DNA of 64,000 nt from Eubacteriales bacterium (GTDB lineage Bacteria > Bacillota > Desulfotomaculia > Desulfotomaculales > Nap2-2B): the NCBI GenBank assembly GCA_041653135.1, contig JBAZGB010000006.1, positions 628 through 64,627 of the forward strand, given 5' to 3'. How positions within the stretch are numbered: the first letter of the stretch is position 1; every line of letters starts with the position of its first letter. The translations under genes and the position numbers were made by a program. Under the pieces are notes generated by a model. That model saw only the letters and a list, made by a program, of their open reading frames with translations. It had not been told where the DNA came from and made no database searches. This document shows positions 36,534 through 46,303 of this stretch, in pieces.

Positions 36534-36621
36534 TATAACCGTTAGTTATCCGAAGGATTAAAACTTGTGCTATAAAGAAAAACAGTGTAGATTAGAGGAA
36601 AGAACCTTTGGAGGTAATTAC

Positions 36622-37083
36622 ATGTCAGGAAAAGTATTGGCTAAAGATATAATGACTAAAGAGGTCATTACAGTTAATACAGATGATACTATAGAAAAAG
36701 TAGCCCAATTGATGTTGAATCACCACGTCAGCGGCATGCCCGTGGTAGACGGGGAAGGAAAATTAGCCGGCATCATCAGCGAGGGCGACTTGTTAATCCA
36801 GGACAAAGAAATAAAAGCGCCGGCGATGACTGTTTTTCTTGGCGGTATTATTTATTTGGAGAATCCCAGCCGTTTTAATAAAGAATTAAAACGCATCATT
36901 GCCCTGAAAGTCAGCGAGCTAATGTCCAAAAAGGTGTATTCTGTCGGGCCGGAAGACCCAATCGAGAAAGTAATCAAAATTATATCGGAAAAAGAAGTCA
37001 ACCGTGTTCCGGTAGTGGATGAAAACAAAAGACTGCTGGGAATAATCAGCCGCCAGGATATTATCAAGGCTACACATTCATGA
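36622..37083 (+). CDS. CBS-domain pair protein
   Basis: Two CBS repeats are present (IMTKEVITV...HHVSGMPVVD and LMSKKVYSV...VNRVPVVD). GGAGG lies upstream of the ATG at 36622. Confidence 0.8.
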   Translation: MSGKVLAKDIMTKEVITVNTDDTIEKVAQLMLNHHVSGMPVVDGEGKLAGIISEGDLLIQDKEIKAPAMTVFLGGIIYLENPSRFNKELKRIIALKVSELMSKKVYSVGPEDPIEKVIKIISEKEVNRVPVVDENKRLLGIISRQDIIKATHS

Positions 37084-37121
37084 TGAATATCTAAAAAACA
37101 GCAGTTTTCTTTAAGAATAGC

Positions 37122-37144
37122 AACCCCGCATTTTTTGCGGGGTT
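37122..37144 (+). terminator. Hairpin after the CBS gene
   Basis: aaccccgc-attttttt-gcggggtt. The trailing T-run is weak. Confidence 0.45.
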
Positions 37145-37226
37145 CTGACATTTTATGCTTCTTAAAAAAAAGGAAGTTAGCGCGGGAGTGATGAATATTT
37201 ATAAGTAAAAAGAATGGATATAAGCA

Positions 37227-38210
37227 ATGAACAGCGGAGACATTTTCGGGTACAGGTGCCCGGTATGCAAAACTATTTCCTCTGAAGAAGCAAATACCTG
37301 CATAGAATGCGGCCACTGGCTTTTTGATCCTGATTGCCCCGGCATGCCATTATACCGGGATGAGTATTTGGATGAAATAGATTATGATGAAAAAAAATCA
37401 ACATCCAGATATCTTATTGCGTTCATTGCCGCTATACTTTGTGTTGTTATGTTCGTTTCGTTGATTGATATTCCCTGGAATGACGAGTCCTCTGTCCTGC
37501 CGATTCCTGAAGTGCGGCAGTCAGTAGAGCCGCTTTCCTTTAACGAAAAGAGTGTAAGCAAGAGCTTTACCTGGAGTTATCAAGGAGTTACATATAGCTG
37601 GAATATAAGTATTCCTGCAGATTTGCTCGACTACAGCAGGAATATAAAAGATGATGTTCAAGAGTATTATAAAAGCGACGGGGCTGCACAAAGAGCAATT
37701 TTTATCAGGTCCGACGCCATTTTAAGAAATCTGATCAGCTCTTTAAGGATAACATCGAACGGTGATTTATCCCCCTGGGTGGCAGAAGAAAACTACAGAT
37801 TTGCCGGTTACATGGGAGAAGCGCTGTCGGCTATGGCTGCCAAATATGATTACTTTCACAGGGCTGAGTTTGTAATGAGTTTTATCGGGGGCGCTATCCC
37901 TTACAAAATTGCTGATGTTCAACTGCCGGTTCAGACACTTGCTGAAAATGGTGATTGTGACTGCAAGTCAATCCTTCTGGCTGCCATCCTGAAAAACATG
38001 GGGTATAGAGTTGCTCTGGTAGAGTTTCCGGAGCACTTTGCTGTTGGAATAGCTTTTGAAGATGATCAGGTTCCTTTTGGCCGGAACCTTTTATATTACG
38101 AGTATGAGGGAATAAAATATTATTTTGCCGAGACGACAACATCGGGATGGCGGATAGGTGACGCCGGCAGTAAGAGCAAAAGAAGCGCAGTTTTGTTTCC
38201 CATTAAATGA
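37227..38210 (+). CDS. Zinc-ribbon / TM / transglutaminase-like (Cys-His) domain protein
   Basis: CPVC...CIECG ribbon, one TM segment (YLIAFIAAILCVVMFVSLI), and a C-terminal GDCDCKSILLAAILKNMGY...EHFAVG...AETTTSGW block. Confidence 0.55.
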   Translation: MNSGDIFGYRCPVCKTISSEEANTCIECGHWLFDPDCPGMPLYRDEYLDEIDYDEKKSTSRYLIAFIAAILCVVMFVSLIDIPWNDESSVLPIPEVRQSVEPLSFNEKSVSKSFTWSYQGVTYSWNISIPADLLDYSRNIKDDVQEYYKSDGAAQRAIFIRSDAILRNLISSLRITSNGDLSPWVAEENYRFAGYMGEALSAMAAKYDYFHRAEFVMSFIGGAIPYKIADVQLPVQTLAENGDCDCKSILLAAILKNMGYRVALVEFPEHFAVGIAFEDDQVPFGRNLLYYEYEGIKYYFAETTTSGWRIGDAGSKSKRSAVLFPIK

Positions 38211-38225
38211 AATAGACAGGATAAT

Positions 38226-38248
38226 GGCCCTGTATAAAGTACAGGGCC
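38226..38248. terminator. Bidirectional hairpin between convergent genes
   Basis: ggccctgta-taaag-tacagggcc. Confidence 0.6.
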
Positions 38249-38288
38249 AAAAACATATTTACTGTTTGAATATAAAAGTTACTGTTAA

Positions 38289-38645
38289 CTAATTGACGCA
38301 AGTATTTAATTGCGCAAGCTCAATACTATTCTCGTTTAACACCCTTACATTGACCTCGTTCGGGTTGGATGCTACTATCTGAGCCCGGTTGAGCAAGGTG
38401 GAATACTCCTGTTCATATTCTTGAGCCTGGTTGATCAGGTCAAGATTTATACAGGCGAATCCCAGGCGCATAAATAAAGCATGTTCCATCATTATTCTTA
38501 ACCAGAAAAGATTATTATCAATAGAGTCAGCAATAAAGTTACCCTGAACCATCGGGATATTTGCGGGCGCAGGACAGGAATAGCTGGTTGTGTAGTCCTG
38601 TTCAATGCAATCAGGAACACAAAAACCAGGGACAAAATTTGGCAC
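38289..38645 (-). CDS. DUF2935-like protein (single repeat, short)
   Basis: The NNLFWLRIMMEHALFM block is typical of the family. It is shorter than the usual two-repeat proteins. Confidence 0.5.
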   Translation of the reverse strand: MPNFVPGFCVPDCIEQDYTTSYSCPAPANIPMVQGNFIADSIDNNLFWLRIMMEHALFMRLGFACINLDLINQAQEYEQEYSTLLNRAQIVASNPNEVNVRVLNENSIELAQLNTCVN

Positions 38646-38790
38646 TTTTAAACCCCCCCTTTTATTCTGTTATATGCATAATATGGGACGAATGGCACAA
38701 TGTGACATCAATTACAATCGGGAATCCGCAGGATATTTTTTTTAAAATGCTTGATACTATAATTAATCTTGAAAATTGGAGGAATATAAA

Positions 38791-39246
38791 GTGGACAGCA
38801 TGGTGAGATGGAATCCAATGAAAGACCTCAACAACTTAAGACACTCCATAAACAGAATTTTTGATGAAAATTTGTCGCCGATGGTTAGTCGAACCGGCAC
38901 AATTGACAACCCCTGGACTTTTCCGGTAGACATTCACGAGAACGCGAACAATATTATTGTCCATGCGGAGATCCCGGGTCTGGAGAAAGAAGAGATAAAG
39001 ATTCGTTTTGCAAACAACCAGCTCAGTATTCAGGGTGAACGTGCCAATGAGCAAAAGCAAGAAGATGACCGTTTCATTAAAATGGAGCGTAGTTACGGCA
39101 GTTTTTACCGTTCCTTTAACATTGACTTTCCCGTACAAGAAGATGCGATTACAGCAAGTTACAAAAACGGGATGCTTGAAATTACACTTCCGAAAAAAGA
39201 AGGGGCAAAACCAAAAAGAATTCCTGTAGACGTAAGCGTTCATTAA
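38791..39246 (+). CDS. Hsp20/alpha-crystallin small heat-shock protein
   Basis: The alpha-crystallin core reads VDIHENANNIIVHAEIPGLEKEEIKI...GERANE...ERSYGSFYRSF...NGMLEITLPK. The GTG at 38791 is 8 nt after GGAGG; the ATG at 38800 is an alternative. Confidence 0.88.
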   Translation: MDSMVRWNPMKDLNNLRHSINRIFDENLSPMVSRTGTIDNPWTFPVDIHENANNIIVHAEIPGLEKEEIKIRFANNQLSIQGERANEQKQEDDRFIKMERSYGSFYRSFNIDFPVQEDAITASYKNGMLEITLPKKEGAKPKRIPVDVSVH

Positions 39247-39260
39247 TCTAAAAAGCTTTC

Positions 39261-39298
39261 AAGGTGGATTATTCAAAAAAGGATAATCCACCTTTTTT
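39261..39298 (+). terminator. Intrinsic terminator after hsp20
   Basis: aaggtggattat / ataatccacctt 12-bp stem followed by tttttt. Confidence 0.85.
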
Positions 39299-39381
39299 AT
39301 AAAATTATTTAATTTGGGATAAAAAGCAGTTATAATAATTATTAAGGAATAAATAAAAAACTTTTGTAATTTAGGTGAAAA

Positions 39382-40290
39382 ATGAATTTAAAACAGCTGG
39401 AAGTTTTTTTATGGGTTGCCGAGCTAAAGGGTTTTACAAAGGCCGCCAAAAGATTGTACATGAGTCAACCTGCAGTCAGTTTTCAGATCCAGTCTTTGGA
39501 GGAATTCCTTGGTGTAAAGCTTTTCTGGCGAAACGAAAAAAATGTTATTCTTACAGAAGCCGGGCAACTGTTACTTGAACAGGCGAAGTTAATAGTTGCC
39601 CATTTTTATAAGATTAAATCAGCCATTAATGATCTGAAAGAATTAAAAACAGGTTCTTTAACAATTGGAGCAAGTACCATTCCCGGTGAATACATATTAC
39701 CGAAATTAATCGGGGACTTTCGCCGGCAGTTTCCGGGTATTCAGATTAATATGCGGATAGCCGGGAGCGCGCAGGTTGAAAAATGGCTTTTAAACCGCGA
39801 AATAGATCTTGGTTTTTGCGGCACATTAATTTCAGGCAAAGGAATAGAGTGCCTGCCTTTTTTAACTGACCACCTGGTTTTGATTGTTCCGGTTGATCAT
39901 CCATGGGAAGCCGGCGGGGAAATAAAGATCAGTGAATTAATTAAGGAAAAGTTTATTTTGAGGGAAAGCGGCTCCGGTACACGGAAAACTTTTGAAGCAA
40001 GTCTCGCCAGCAGTAAAATCTCAACAGAACAACTAAGCATAGTTATGGAAATGGGCAGTACCCGGGCTGTAATAACCGCCGTAGAAGCCGGTTTGGGAGT
40101 GAGCGTTGTTTCATTTTTGGCTGCCAGGGAACCCCTGCTGCTTGGACTGATCAAGGAAATCCGTGTTCGTAATCTTGACCTGAACAGAAAGTTATATGTT
40201 ATTCGCGATCAAAGCTGGATGAACGATTTTGCCGCTGAAGCATTCCATAGTTTTATTTTTGCCCAGGATAATGATTTCTTGTTTTCTTGA
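39382..40290 (+). CDS. LysR-family transcriptional regulator
   Basis: N-terminal HTH (MNLKQLEVFLWVAELKGFTKAAKRLYMSQPAVSFQIQSLE) and a LysR substrate-binding domain. Confidence 0.9.
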   Translation: MNLKQLEVFLWVAELKGFTKAAKRLYMSQPAVSFQIQSLEEFLGVKLFWRNEKNVILTEAGQLLLEQAKLIVAHFYKIKSAINDLKELKTGSLTIGASTIPGEYILPKLIGDFRRQFPGIQINMRIAGSAQVEKWLLNREIDLGFCGTLISGKGIECLPFLTDHLVLIVPVDHPWEAGGEIKISELIKEKFILRESGSGTRKTFEASLASSKISTEQLSIVMEMGSTRAVITAVEAGLGVSVVSFLAAREPLLLGLIKEIRVRNLDLNRKLYVIRDQSWMNDFAAEAFHSFIFAQDNDFLFS

Positions 40291-40372
40291 AAGGTGAGCT
40301 TGAAGCAGCCGGTTATTAAATACTTTAAAAGGGCCTCTGGATAACCAGGGACCCTTTTGTAGATAAAATCTG

Positions 40373-41104
40373 CTATTCCTGTTTTGCAACTTCAAGCTGG
40401 ATCATTTTTACATCCTGTGCGGGTTTTCCGTTAGCATTGGTTTTAGCGGCGGCTATTTTATCGACAACACCCATTCCTTCAAAAACCTGGCCAAAAACAG
40501 TATGCATGTTATCAAGCCACGGCGTCCCACCGATTTTTGCGTAACTGTCGATAAGTTCCTTATCGAAACCTTTCTGGCTCATCCATAACCGGAGGTCATC
40601 ATCCGTATCTTTTTGTACGATAAAGAATTGGCTTCCATTGGTATTAGACCCGCTGTTGGCCATAGACAGCGCTCCTCTGTAATTATGCAGGTTATCGCTG
40701 AATTCATCTTCAAAAGGCTTTTTCCAGATGCTTTCGCCGCCCGTGCCGTTCCCCAGAGGGTCGCCGCCCTGGATCATGAAATCGTTAATTATTCTATGGA
40801 AGGTTAAGCCGTTATAATAGCCTGAAGCTGCCAGTTTGGTGAAGTTTTCTACGGCTTTGGGCGCTTCTTCAGGGAAAAATTTAACTTTTATAACACCCAT
40901 CGTAGTTGTAATAATTGCAATAGTATCGCCTTTTTCAGGAAGGGCTAACTGGTACTGGTCCGGTTTCAATTGATTATTTACACCTTCCTCACTTGATTCT
41001 TCTGCCTGCTCTTTAGTTTGGTTAACTTCAGGCTTTGATGTTTTACTGCAGCCGGGTAAGATCAATAAAAGCAAAATAAGCAACAAGATGAACTTCTTTT
41101 TCAT
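40373..41104 (-). CDS. Cyclophilin-type peptidyl-prolyl cis-trans isomerase, lipoprotein
   Basis: Lipobox LPGCS. Cyclophilin core: FHRIINDFMIQGGDP, GALSMANSG.NTNGSQFFI. Confidence 0.9.
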   Translation of the reverse strand: MKKKFILLLILLLLILPGCSKTSKPEVNQTKEQAEESSEEGVNNQLKPDQYQLALPEKGDTIAIITTTMGVIKVKFFPEEAPKAVENFTKLAASGYYNGLTFHRIINDFMIQGGDPLGNGTGGESIWKKPFEDEFSDNLHNYRGALSMANSGSNTNGSQFFIVQKDTDDDLRLWMSQKGFDKELIDSYAKIGGTPWLDNMHTVFGQVFEGMGVVDKIAAAKTNANGKPAQDVKMIQLEVAKQE

Positions 41105-41181
41105 TTTTACTCCCTTATTTTGTTCAGCAATTTATACCGGCCCGGGAAAGGGGTAAGCTAAAGGTTACCAGTATATTCAAA

Positions 41182-41424
41182 CTAAAAATTATAGTTCAGC
41201 AAAAACCTGTAAAATTTAACTGCTCCTTCCTTGTCCTCGGTTCCAAGGTTAAAGTCCTGAGCTTCTTCCTGTCTAATCCTGTTTAAAATTATCCTGTACA
41301 TTTCTGCAATGACTGTTGCCGCCTTGAATGGACTTTTTAATTCATCAACTTTATATTCTTTCAGGTAAGTTATCAGCAGTTCCTTGGCGATTTCCTCGTA
41401 ATCTATTCTTGGGTTATCCGGCAT
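41182..41424 (-). CDS. Small hypothetical protein (80 aa), paralog of 21867-22091
   Basis: AAGGAG lies 8 nt before the ATG at 41424. The shared core is EEIAKELLITYLKEYKVDELKSPFKAATVIAEMYRIILNRI. Confidence 0.6.
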   Translation of the reverse strand: MPDNPRIDYEEIAKELLITYLKEYKVDELKSPFKAATVIAEMYRIILNRIRQEEAQDFNLGTEDKEGAVKFYRFLLNYNF

Positions 41425-41558
41425 ACTGTACACTCCTTTTTATGTTCTGTTATCCCTTTTCCTAAATTATATTGTAACCTAAAATTTATTTTCTTGCATA
41501 TCTTATTTGGACATATTCATGATATTTTTTTATTGATTTTTTAAAAGGGGGTCAAAAA

Positions 41559-42526
41559 TTGGGTAAGGGGAAAATAAAGCATTTATATCCGGGGGGAAAC
41601 ACTTCGGCAGGCTTTTATTCATATTACTCAAACATTTGACGGCGTTGTTATTCCTGCGCTTGGGATAGCCCTAATTGACGGAACAAGCCCGCATATAGTT
41701 GATCCCTGTTATCCCGGAGCCGTTGATGAGATTATTAACCTGGGGGAATATTGGGATGAGGCAAAGCTCCGGTGCAGCAGGGAACAGATTTTAGCGGACA
41801 GCGTTCTATTGGGACAGCTTTTTCCTGCAGCGTACTGCCAGTTGGCGGAGGCTAAAATAGCCCGGGATGATGGTGAAAGCTGTGTTGCCGGTTGTATGGA
41901 TTTTCTAAGTGTCAACAGAATAACGCTTGATTTAGCCGGTGAAATAATTGAAGGTCTGCGGGGCAGCGGGAAGACTCCTCTGGCAAGGCATCTGTTCTGT
42001 TCGGCAATTACTCCCGACGGCGTAAAACACTTTATAGAAAGCCTACTGGACGGTATTGAAAAATTATACCTGATTAAGGGACTTCCTGGCAGCGGCCGTT
42101 CTTATCTGGTTGAAACAATAGCCCGGGAGGCTCATCTGCAGGGATTGGACACAGAGGTTTACCACTGCGCTTTTGAACCTAAGAAGGCAGATCTTGTAGT
42201 TTATCCCGGAAGCGAAATCTGCGGTACTCAAGGATGCAGGGGAATTTGGTTTTAAGCCTGAAATAGTAAAGGGACCGGATACAAAAGCAGTCGATTTAAA
42301 TAGCTGCCTTAATCAAACCAGGCTGGAAGGCGGTATGGATCGGTTTCTAAGCGCCGAGCAGCGTTTTACAGCGTCGCTCAACCGGGCCGTAAGTTATATA
42401 AGCGAAGCTAAGCGGGTCCATGATCATATGGAGAGCTTTTATGTGCCGGCAATGGATTTTAAAGCCATAGAAAAAAAGAGAAACGATATCTTGCAGCGTA
42501 TTCTCGGTTATGCGCAAAAGACGTAA
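41559..42526 (+). pseudogene. PRK06851-like two-P-loop ATPase, decayed (internal deletion plus frameshifts)
   Basis: TTG..GKGKIKHLYPGGNTSAGFYSYYSNI-stop. In other frames follow DGVVIPALGIALIDGTSPHIVDPCYPGAVDEIINLGEYWD..., then LIKGLPGSGRSYL (second P-loop), then ...RVHDHMESFYVPAMDF. The first P-loop module is missing. Confidence 0.7.
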
Positions 42527-42560
42527 ATTGTCACGACATGTTTTTTATTGAATCAGGGTT

Positions 42561-43595
42561 TTACATGTCGTCAAATTTGATGATCCTGATTAAAGACCGT
42601 GAGCTTGTCAGTGTGCAGGGGATAATTACGCTGTAATCGCTTTGGGGGGTTACCATCCACTGGTTCATCACCGACTGGCCGGAAATGCTCTCTTTCCAGG
42701 ACATTTTTTTAAGGATAGCGCCGGCCGGGTCGATTTCAACCAGGAGTAAATTGGCTTTGTCCGCGATCAGGGTGTTTCCACCCGGTAAGCGGAGGGCTCC
42801 CGTGGGGAAAAATATACAGGCCGGTATTTCAGCCGCCGCATCTGCCGTATCCTGCTCGCCCGTGTAATCTGCAGTATAGGGGCATTTGCCTGTAAAAGAA
42901 CCGAACTGCCAGACGGTATCTTTTTTTGGTGTTATTTCAAAAACAGTTCCGTTGGTTGTGCCGCGGTCGACAATTAAAGTATTGCCGCTCTCAAGGCGTA
43001 TGGCTTGAACGGGGTTGGCAAGGTACCCGCGGGTATCAGGTTTTACAGGTTTCCCCCAGCCATAAGACCACACAATCTTTTTATCTCTGGTCACTTCAAT
43101 GATTTTATGGGGTAGTGTAATTAAAATATTGCCGTTTTGCAGCCGTTCAACATAACGAGGGGAGTTCGAAAGTGACTGCAGGCTGTATTCCCAGACGGCC
43201 GAACCATTGGGTGTTACTTCAAGAACGCGGGGTGTGAACGGTTTGCCCGGAGCCCCGGAATCAGCGATTAGTATGTTTCCGGACGACAGCAGTTTGGCGC
43301 AGGAGGCCTGAATCCCTTTAACAAGAACGGTTTCCGTTCCGCCGGGAGAAATTTGTACAACCGCCGGTTCGCGGAAACCCACCCGGCAGGCAAGGATACT
43401 GCCGTCAGGAAGCTGCTCCACATAATTGGGATGGTTGTATGTAATTTCATCCCTGTAATCGAGTTCGACTGAAAAACCTGGCGGTTCCCCGGCATTGACC
43501 GGGATAGAGGCCGTCCAGAAAAGGATAAATATAAGTAAGAAGACTATACGTTTTGAAATCACAGTCATAATTCTATACATGTTATCACCCTGCAT
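42561..43595 (-). CDS. Secreted beta-propeller repeat protein
   Basis: Signal peptide, and recurring blades ending in GNILIADSG / GNILITL / GNTLIVDRG / GNTLIADK. The start could be 43595 or 43580. Confidence 0.6.
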   Translation of the reverse strand: MQGDNMYRIMTVISKRIVFLLIFILFWTASIPVNAGEPPGFSVELDYRDEITYNHPNYVEQLPDGSILACRVGFREPAVVQISPGGTETVLVKGIQASCAKLLSSGNILIADSGAPGKPFTPRVLEVTPNGSAVWEYSLQSLSNSPRYVERLQNGNILITLPHKIIEVTRDKKIVWSYGWGKPVKPDTRGYLANPVQAIRLESGNTLIVDRGTTNGTVFEITPKKDTVWQFGSFTGKCPYTADYTGEQDTADAAAEIPACIFFPTGALRLPGGNTLIADKANLLLVEIDPAGAILKKMSWKESISGQSVMNQWMVTPQSDYSVIIPCTLTSSRSLIRIIKFDDM

Positions 43596-45156
43596 TAGAT
43601 GTTATAAAAACCGCTGGGGGTTTGCTGCTCCACTTGACATTTGCGCCGAGGGAACTGCTGACGAAGCGGAGGGGAACCATTATTCTGCCGTCTTTTATGC
43701 AGGCGGGGACATCAAGGTAATAAACCTTTCCGTCAATCAGGGCATTTTGTTCCCCAACGGTTAAAACTACCGTTTTATTATCTTTTGTTGCCGTAACTGT
43801 TTTGGTATCCTGGTCCCAGCTTATTTTTGCCTGCAAAGAATCGAAGATTTTTCTAAGGGGTACAAGTACACGCCCCTTTTCAAATAAGGGCGGCACGTCG
43901 AAGAAGATCCTCTGGTTATCTAAATATACCGGCGCCTGATAAAGAACAAGGATTGCGTTGGCAATGGTCCTTTCCTTGCCGTCAGTAGGGACGCTGACCA
44001 GGCTTTCTTTAACCCACATGCCGCTGGAACCTCCGCCATCCATGGCTGCGGCTTTTATGCACCCCAGATCGGTCATCAGGTAAGCGAGTTCTTCCAGGGT
44101 AAGGCCGGCGCTCCAGTCCTTTTTGCCGTCTACAACCGCCAGAATTATTTTGCCTTCCTTATTTATGCCGACCGCCGTTCGCGCAGCCGGTTCGAGAATG
44201 CTTCCCCGGAATCCTTCAAGAATGGCGTCAAAAACCGGCTGTCCGTCATCAACCAGCAGCGGGCCGGCGGTAACCAGATGTTTAAGGCCTTTCCACTGTT
44301 GGTCATAGTCTATTTTAATTTTAACAGCCGAACCCGGATCCAGGTTGGCAGTAAGACTTTTTTTGTCGTCCCGCAGGGTAAGCACGTAGCCGTTTGAGGG
44401 TACCGCGTTTTCTTCAGTTGTCATGCTGCTTACAGAGAGGATGCCGTTTTCATCAGGGGCGATGACTATACCAATTCCGCCGGACGGTATTTTAACATCG
44501 GAGCTGAAAAAAGGAGTGTAAAGTATTATTTTGTTTTCGGCGGCGGGGTAGTTAACTCCTTCAATGCTCAGGACAGTATCGCCGAGCTGGGCTGTAACCT
44601 GAGGCGCGAAATAGCCGAGAACAGCCTTTTTCTGATCAGTGAGTCCTACCGATGTTCTTAAAATATTCCATGAATTCAAAAGGCGGCCGTCCTGCATAAA
44701 ATGGCCCAGCGGCCAGCCTGTACTGCTGTCAAAAAAACCGGCGTTCACAGCCGCAACAGCCCCGTGCCTGGCGGCAATACTGCTTAATGTTTCCTTCTTG
44801 CCCAGGGTATCCTGGCCGGTCGCCACGCGAAGTTCCATCAAAGTCAAAGAGGGATCTACTTCCACGACGTAACCGTGAAGAGGTTTTTTCTTCCAGTTCT
44901 GTCCCTCAAGAGTGTAGTAAATCACTCCCGGGGATATTTCCTGCGCGTTTTTAGAAGATCCCGCAAACGACCGGACGCCGCCCGGTATGAATTCTCCGCC
45001 GGGTTGTATTTGGGGCGGTAATGCCTGTATTTCTTCAGGCAGTGTTGTTGGCGCGGCAGGTTCGGCAGTTGAAGCCATCGTTCTGAAATTTACACTTGCA
45101 AAGACAAGGCATAACGATAAAGCAACAGCCGAAATTTTAATAATTACAGAACTCAT
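43585..45156 (-). CDS. Phosphodiester glycosidase (NAGPA/DUF2233) family protein with a C-terminal copper-amine-oxidase-N-like domain
   Basis: Signal peptide, AAVNAGFF, and AAMDGGGSSGMWV. The C-terminus shows VLVPLRKIFDSLQAKISW...IMVPLRFVSSSLGANVKW. Confidence 0.75.
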   Translation of the reverse strand: MSSVIIKISAVALSLCLVFASVNFRTMASTAEPAAPTTLPEEIQALPPQIQPGGEFIPGGVRSFAGSSKNAQEISPGVIYYTLEGQNWKKKPLHGYVVEVDPSLTLMELRVATGQDTLGKKETLSSIAARHGAVAAVNAGFFDSSTGWPLGHFMQDGRLLNSWNILRTSVGLTDQKKAVLGYFAPQVTAQLGDTVLSIEGVNYPAAENKIILYTPFFSSDVKIPSGGIGIVIAPDENGILSVSSMTTEENAVPSNGYVLTLRDDKKSLTANLDPGSAVKIKIDYDQQWKGLKHLVTAGPLLVDDGQPVFDAILEGFRGSILEPAARTAVGINKEGKIILAVVDGKKDWSAGLTLEELAYLMTDLGCIKAAAMDGGGSSGMWVKESLVSVPTDGKERTIANAILVLYQAPVYLDNQRIFFDVPPLFEKGRVLVPLRKIFDSLQAKISWDQDTKTVTATKDNKTVVLTVGEQNALIDGKVYYLDVPACIKDGRIMVPLRFVSSSLGANVKWSSKPPAVFITSNAG

Positions 45157-45157
45157 T

Positions 45158-46303
45158 TTAACTCTCCTTAAGCGTTCCAGCCAATTCCAAAGCTAGTTTT
45201 GCATTGAGCAGCGCTTTCGGCTGTAAAACTTCAACCGCCCGCCGGATCTTGTTTTTGAAGGCATCCTGATTACTGATTACCTCATTTACCGCTGAAAGGC
45301 ATTTGGAATACTCAAGGCTCGACGCTTCCCCGGCAGGATGAAGGCCAAGCTGGTCTAAAAAGCGCTTTATTTTTGGATCATAGGAGATGCCTACAAAAGG
45401 CACTCCGGCCACCGCCGCCAAAATTAAAGAATGCAGGCGCATGCCGATTAACAGATCGAGGCTTCCTATTATTGAACCCGCCTCACGTGCGGTAAGTACT
45501 TTGTCTATAACCTGCGCAGGGGATTTCATCAACTGCTCAACCTTGCGGCAGGCGGTTAAGTCGGTTGGATAATGAAACGGCAGAAAAATTATTTGCCAGC
45601 CTGAATTTGATAACTGGTCGGCCAGTTTTGCCACAACCAGTTGATCCTTTTCGTTGAATAAAGGCCATTCTCTTATAGATATACCGGCCGCCGGTTGACC
45701 TTTTTTAAACTGAACATCCTGGAACGGGTTTTGAGGTAATCTGTTTTCCTGTTCAGGTCTGAAATCTTCTTTCTTCAGGACAAAAACAGGATCTGCAGTA
45801 ACATATACGGGTGGCGAAGTTATGCCCATCTCAAGCAAATCGTTTGCCGATTGCTCATCCCGGACCGTGATCAGGTCGACTCTGCCGGCTATGCTTTTCA
45901 TCAGACGGCGGCCAATCACACTGGTAACCGGTCCGACACCCTGTCCGCAAAAACCAACCGGTTTTTTTAATTTAAGAGCCAACCAGACTACCCCGAGGTA
46001 GTAAACGAGGCTCTTTAAACCGGTAACGTCCTGCAGCAGGCTTCCACCGCCGCTGATCAGCATGTCAGCTTCTTTTAAAGCCAGGTACACTTCCCCCGGC
46101 TGCCAACGGTTTAATGCCTGTACATGATATAGATTCGCCGTATTTGATGGATTGCTGGATAATACGGTTAACTGAACTTCAGGGCAGATAGTCCGGAAAG
46201 CGGTGACCAGGCTGAGCAGAATTGCTTCGTCGCCGGCATTGTCAAAGCCATAATACCCTGAGATGACTAAATGCGGTTTACCCGGTGTCTTTGCAGTATT
46301 CAT
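45158..46303 (-). CDS. csaB: Polysaccharide pyruvyl transferase CsaB
   Basis: The ISGYYGFDNAGDEAIL N-terminus and PS_pyruv_trans architecture, in a cell-wall polymer cluster. Confidence 0.8.
   Translation of the reverse strand: MNTAKTPGKPHLVISGYYGFDNAGDEAILLSLVTAFRTICPEVQLTVLSSNPSNTANLYHVQALNRWQPGEVYLALKEADMLISGGGSLLQDVTGLKSLVYYLGVVWLALKLKKPVGFCGQGVGPVTSVIGRRLMKSIAGRVDLITVRDEQSANDLLEMGITSPPVYVTADPVFVLKKEDFRPEQENRLPQNPFQDVQFKKGQPAAGISIREWPLFNEKDQLVVAKLADQLSNSGWQIIFLPFHYPTDLTACRKVEQLMKSPAQVIDKVLTAREAGSIIGSLDLLIGMRLHSLILAAVAGVPFVGISYDPKIKRFLDQLGLHPAGEASSLEYSKCLSAVNEVISNQDAFKNKIRRAVEVLQPKALLNAKLALELAGTLKES

Noticed and set aside
36852-37316. 154-aa minus-strand ORF
   Set aside because: It spans the end of the CBS gene, its terminator and the start of the zinc-ribbon gene in antisense. 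There is no RBS or motif.
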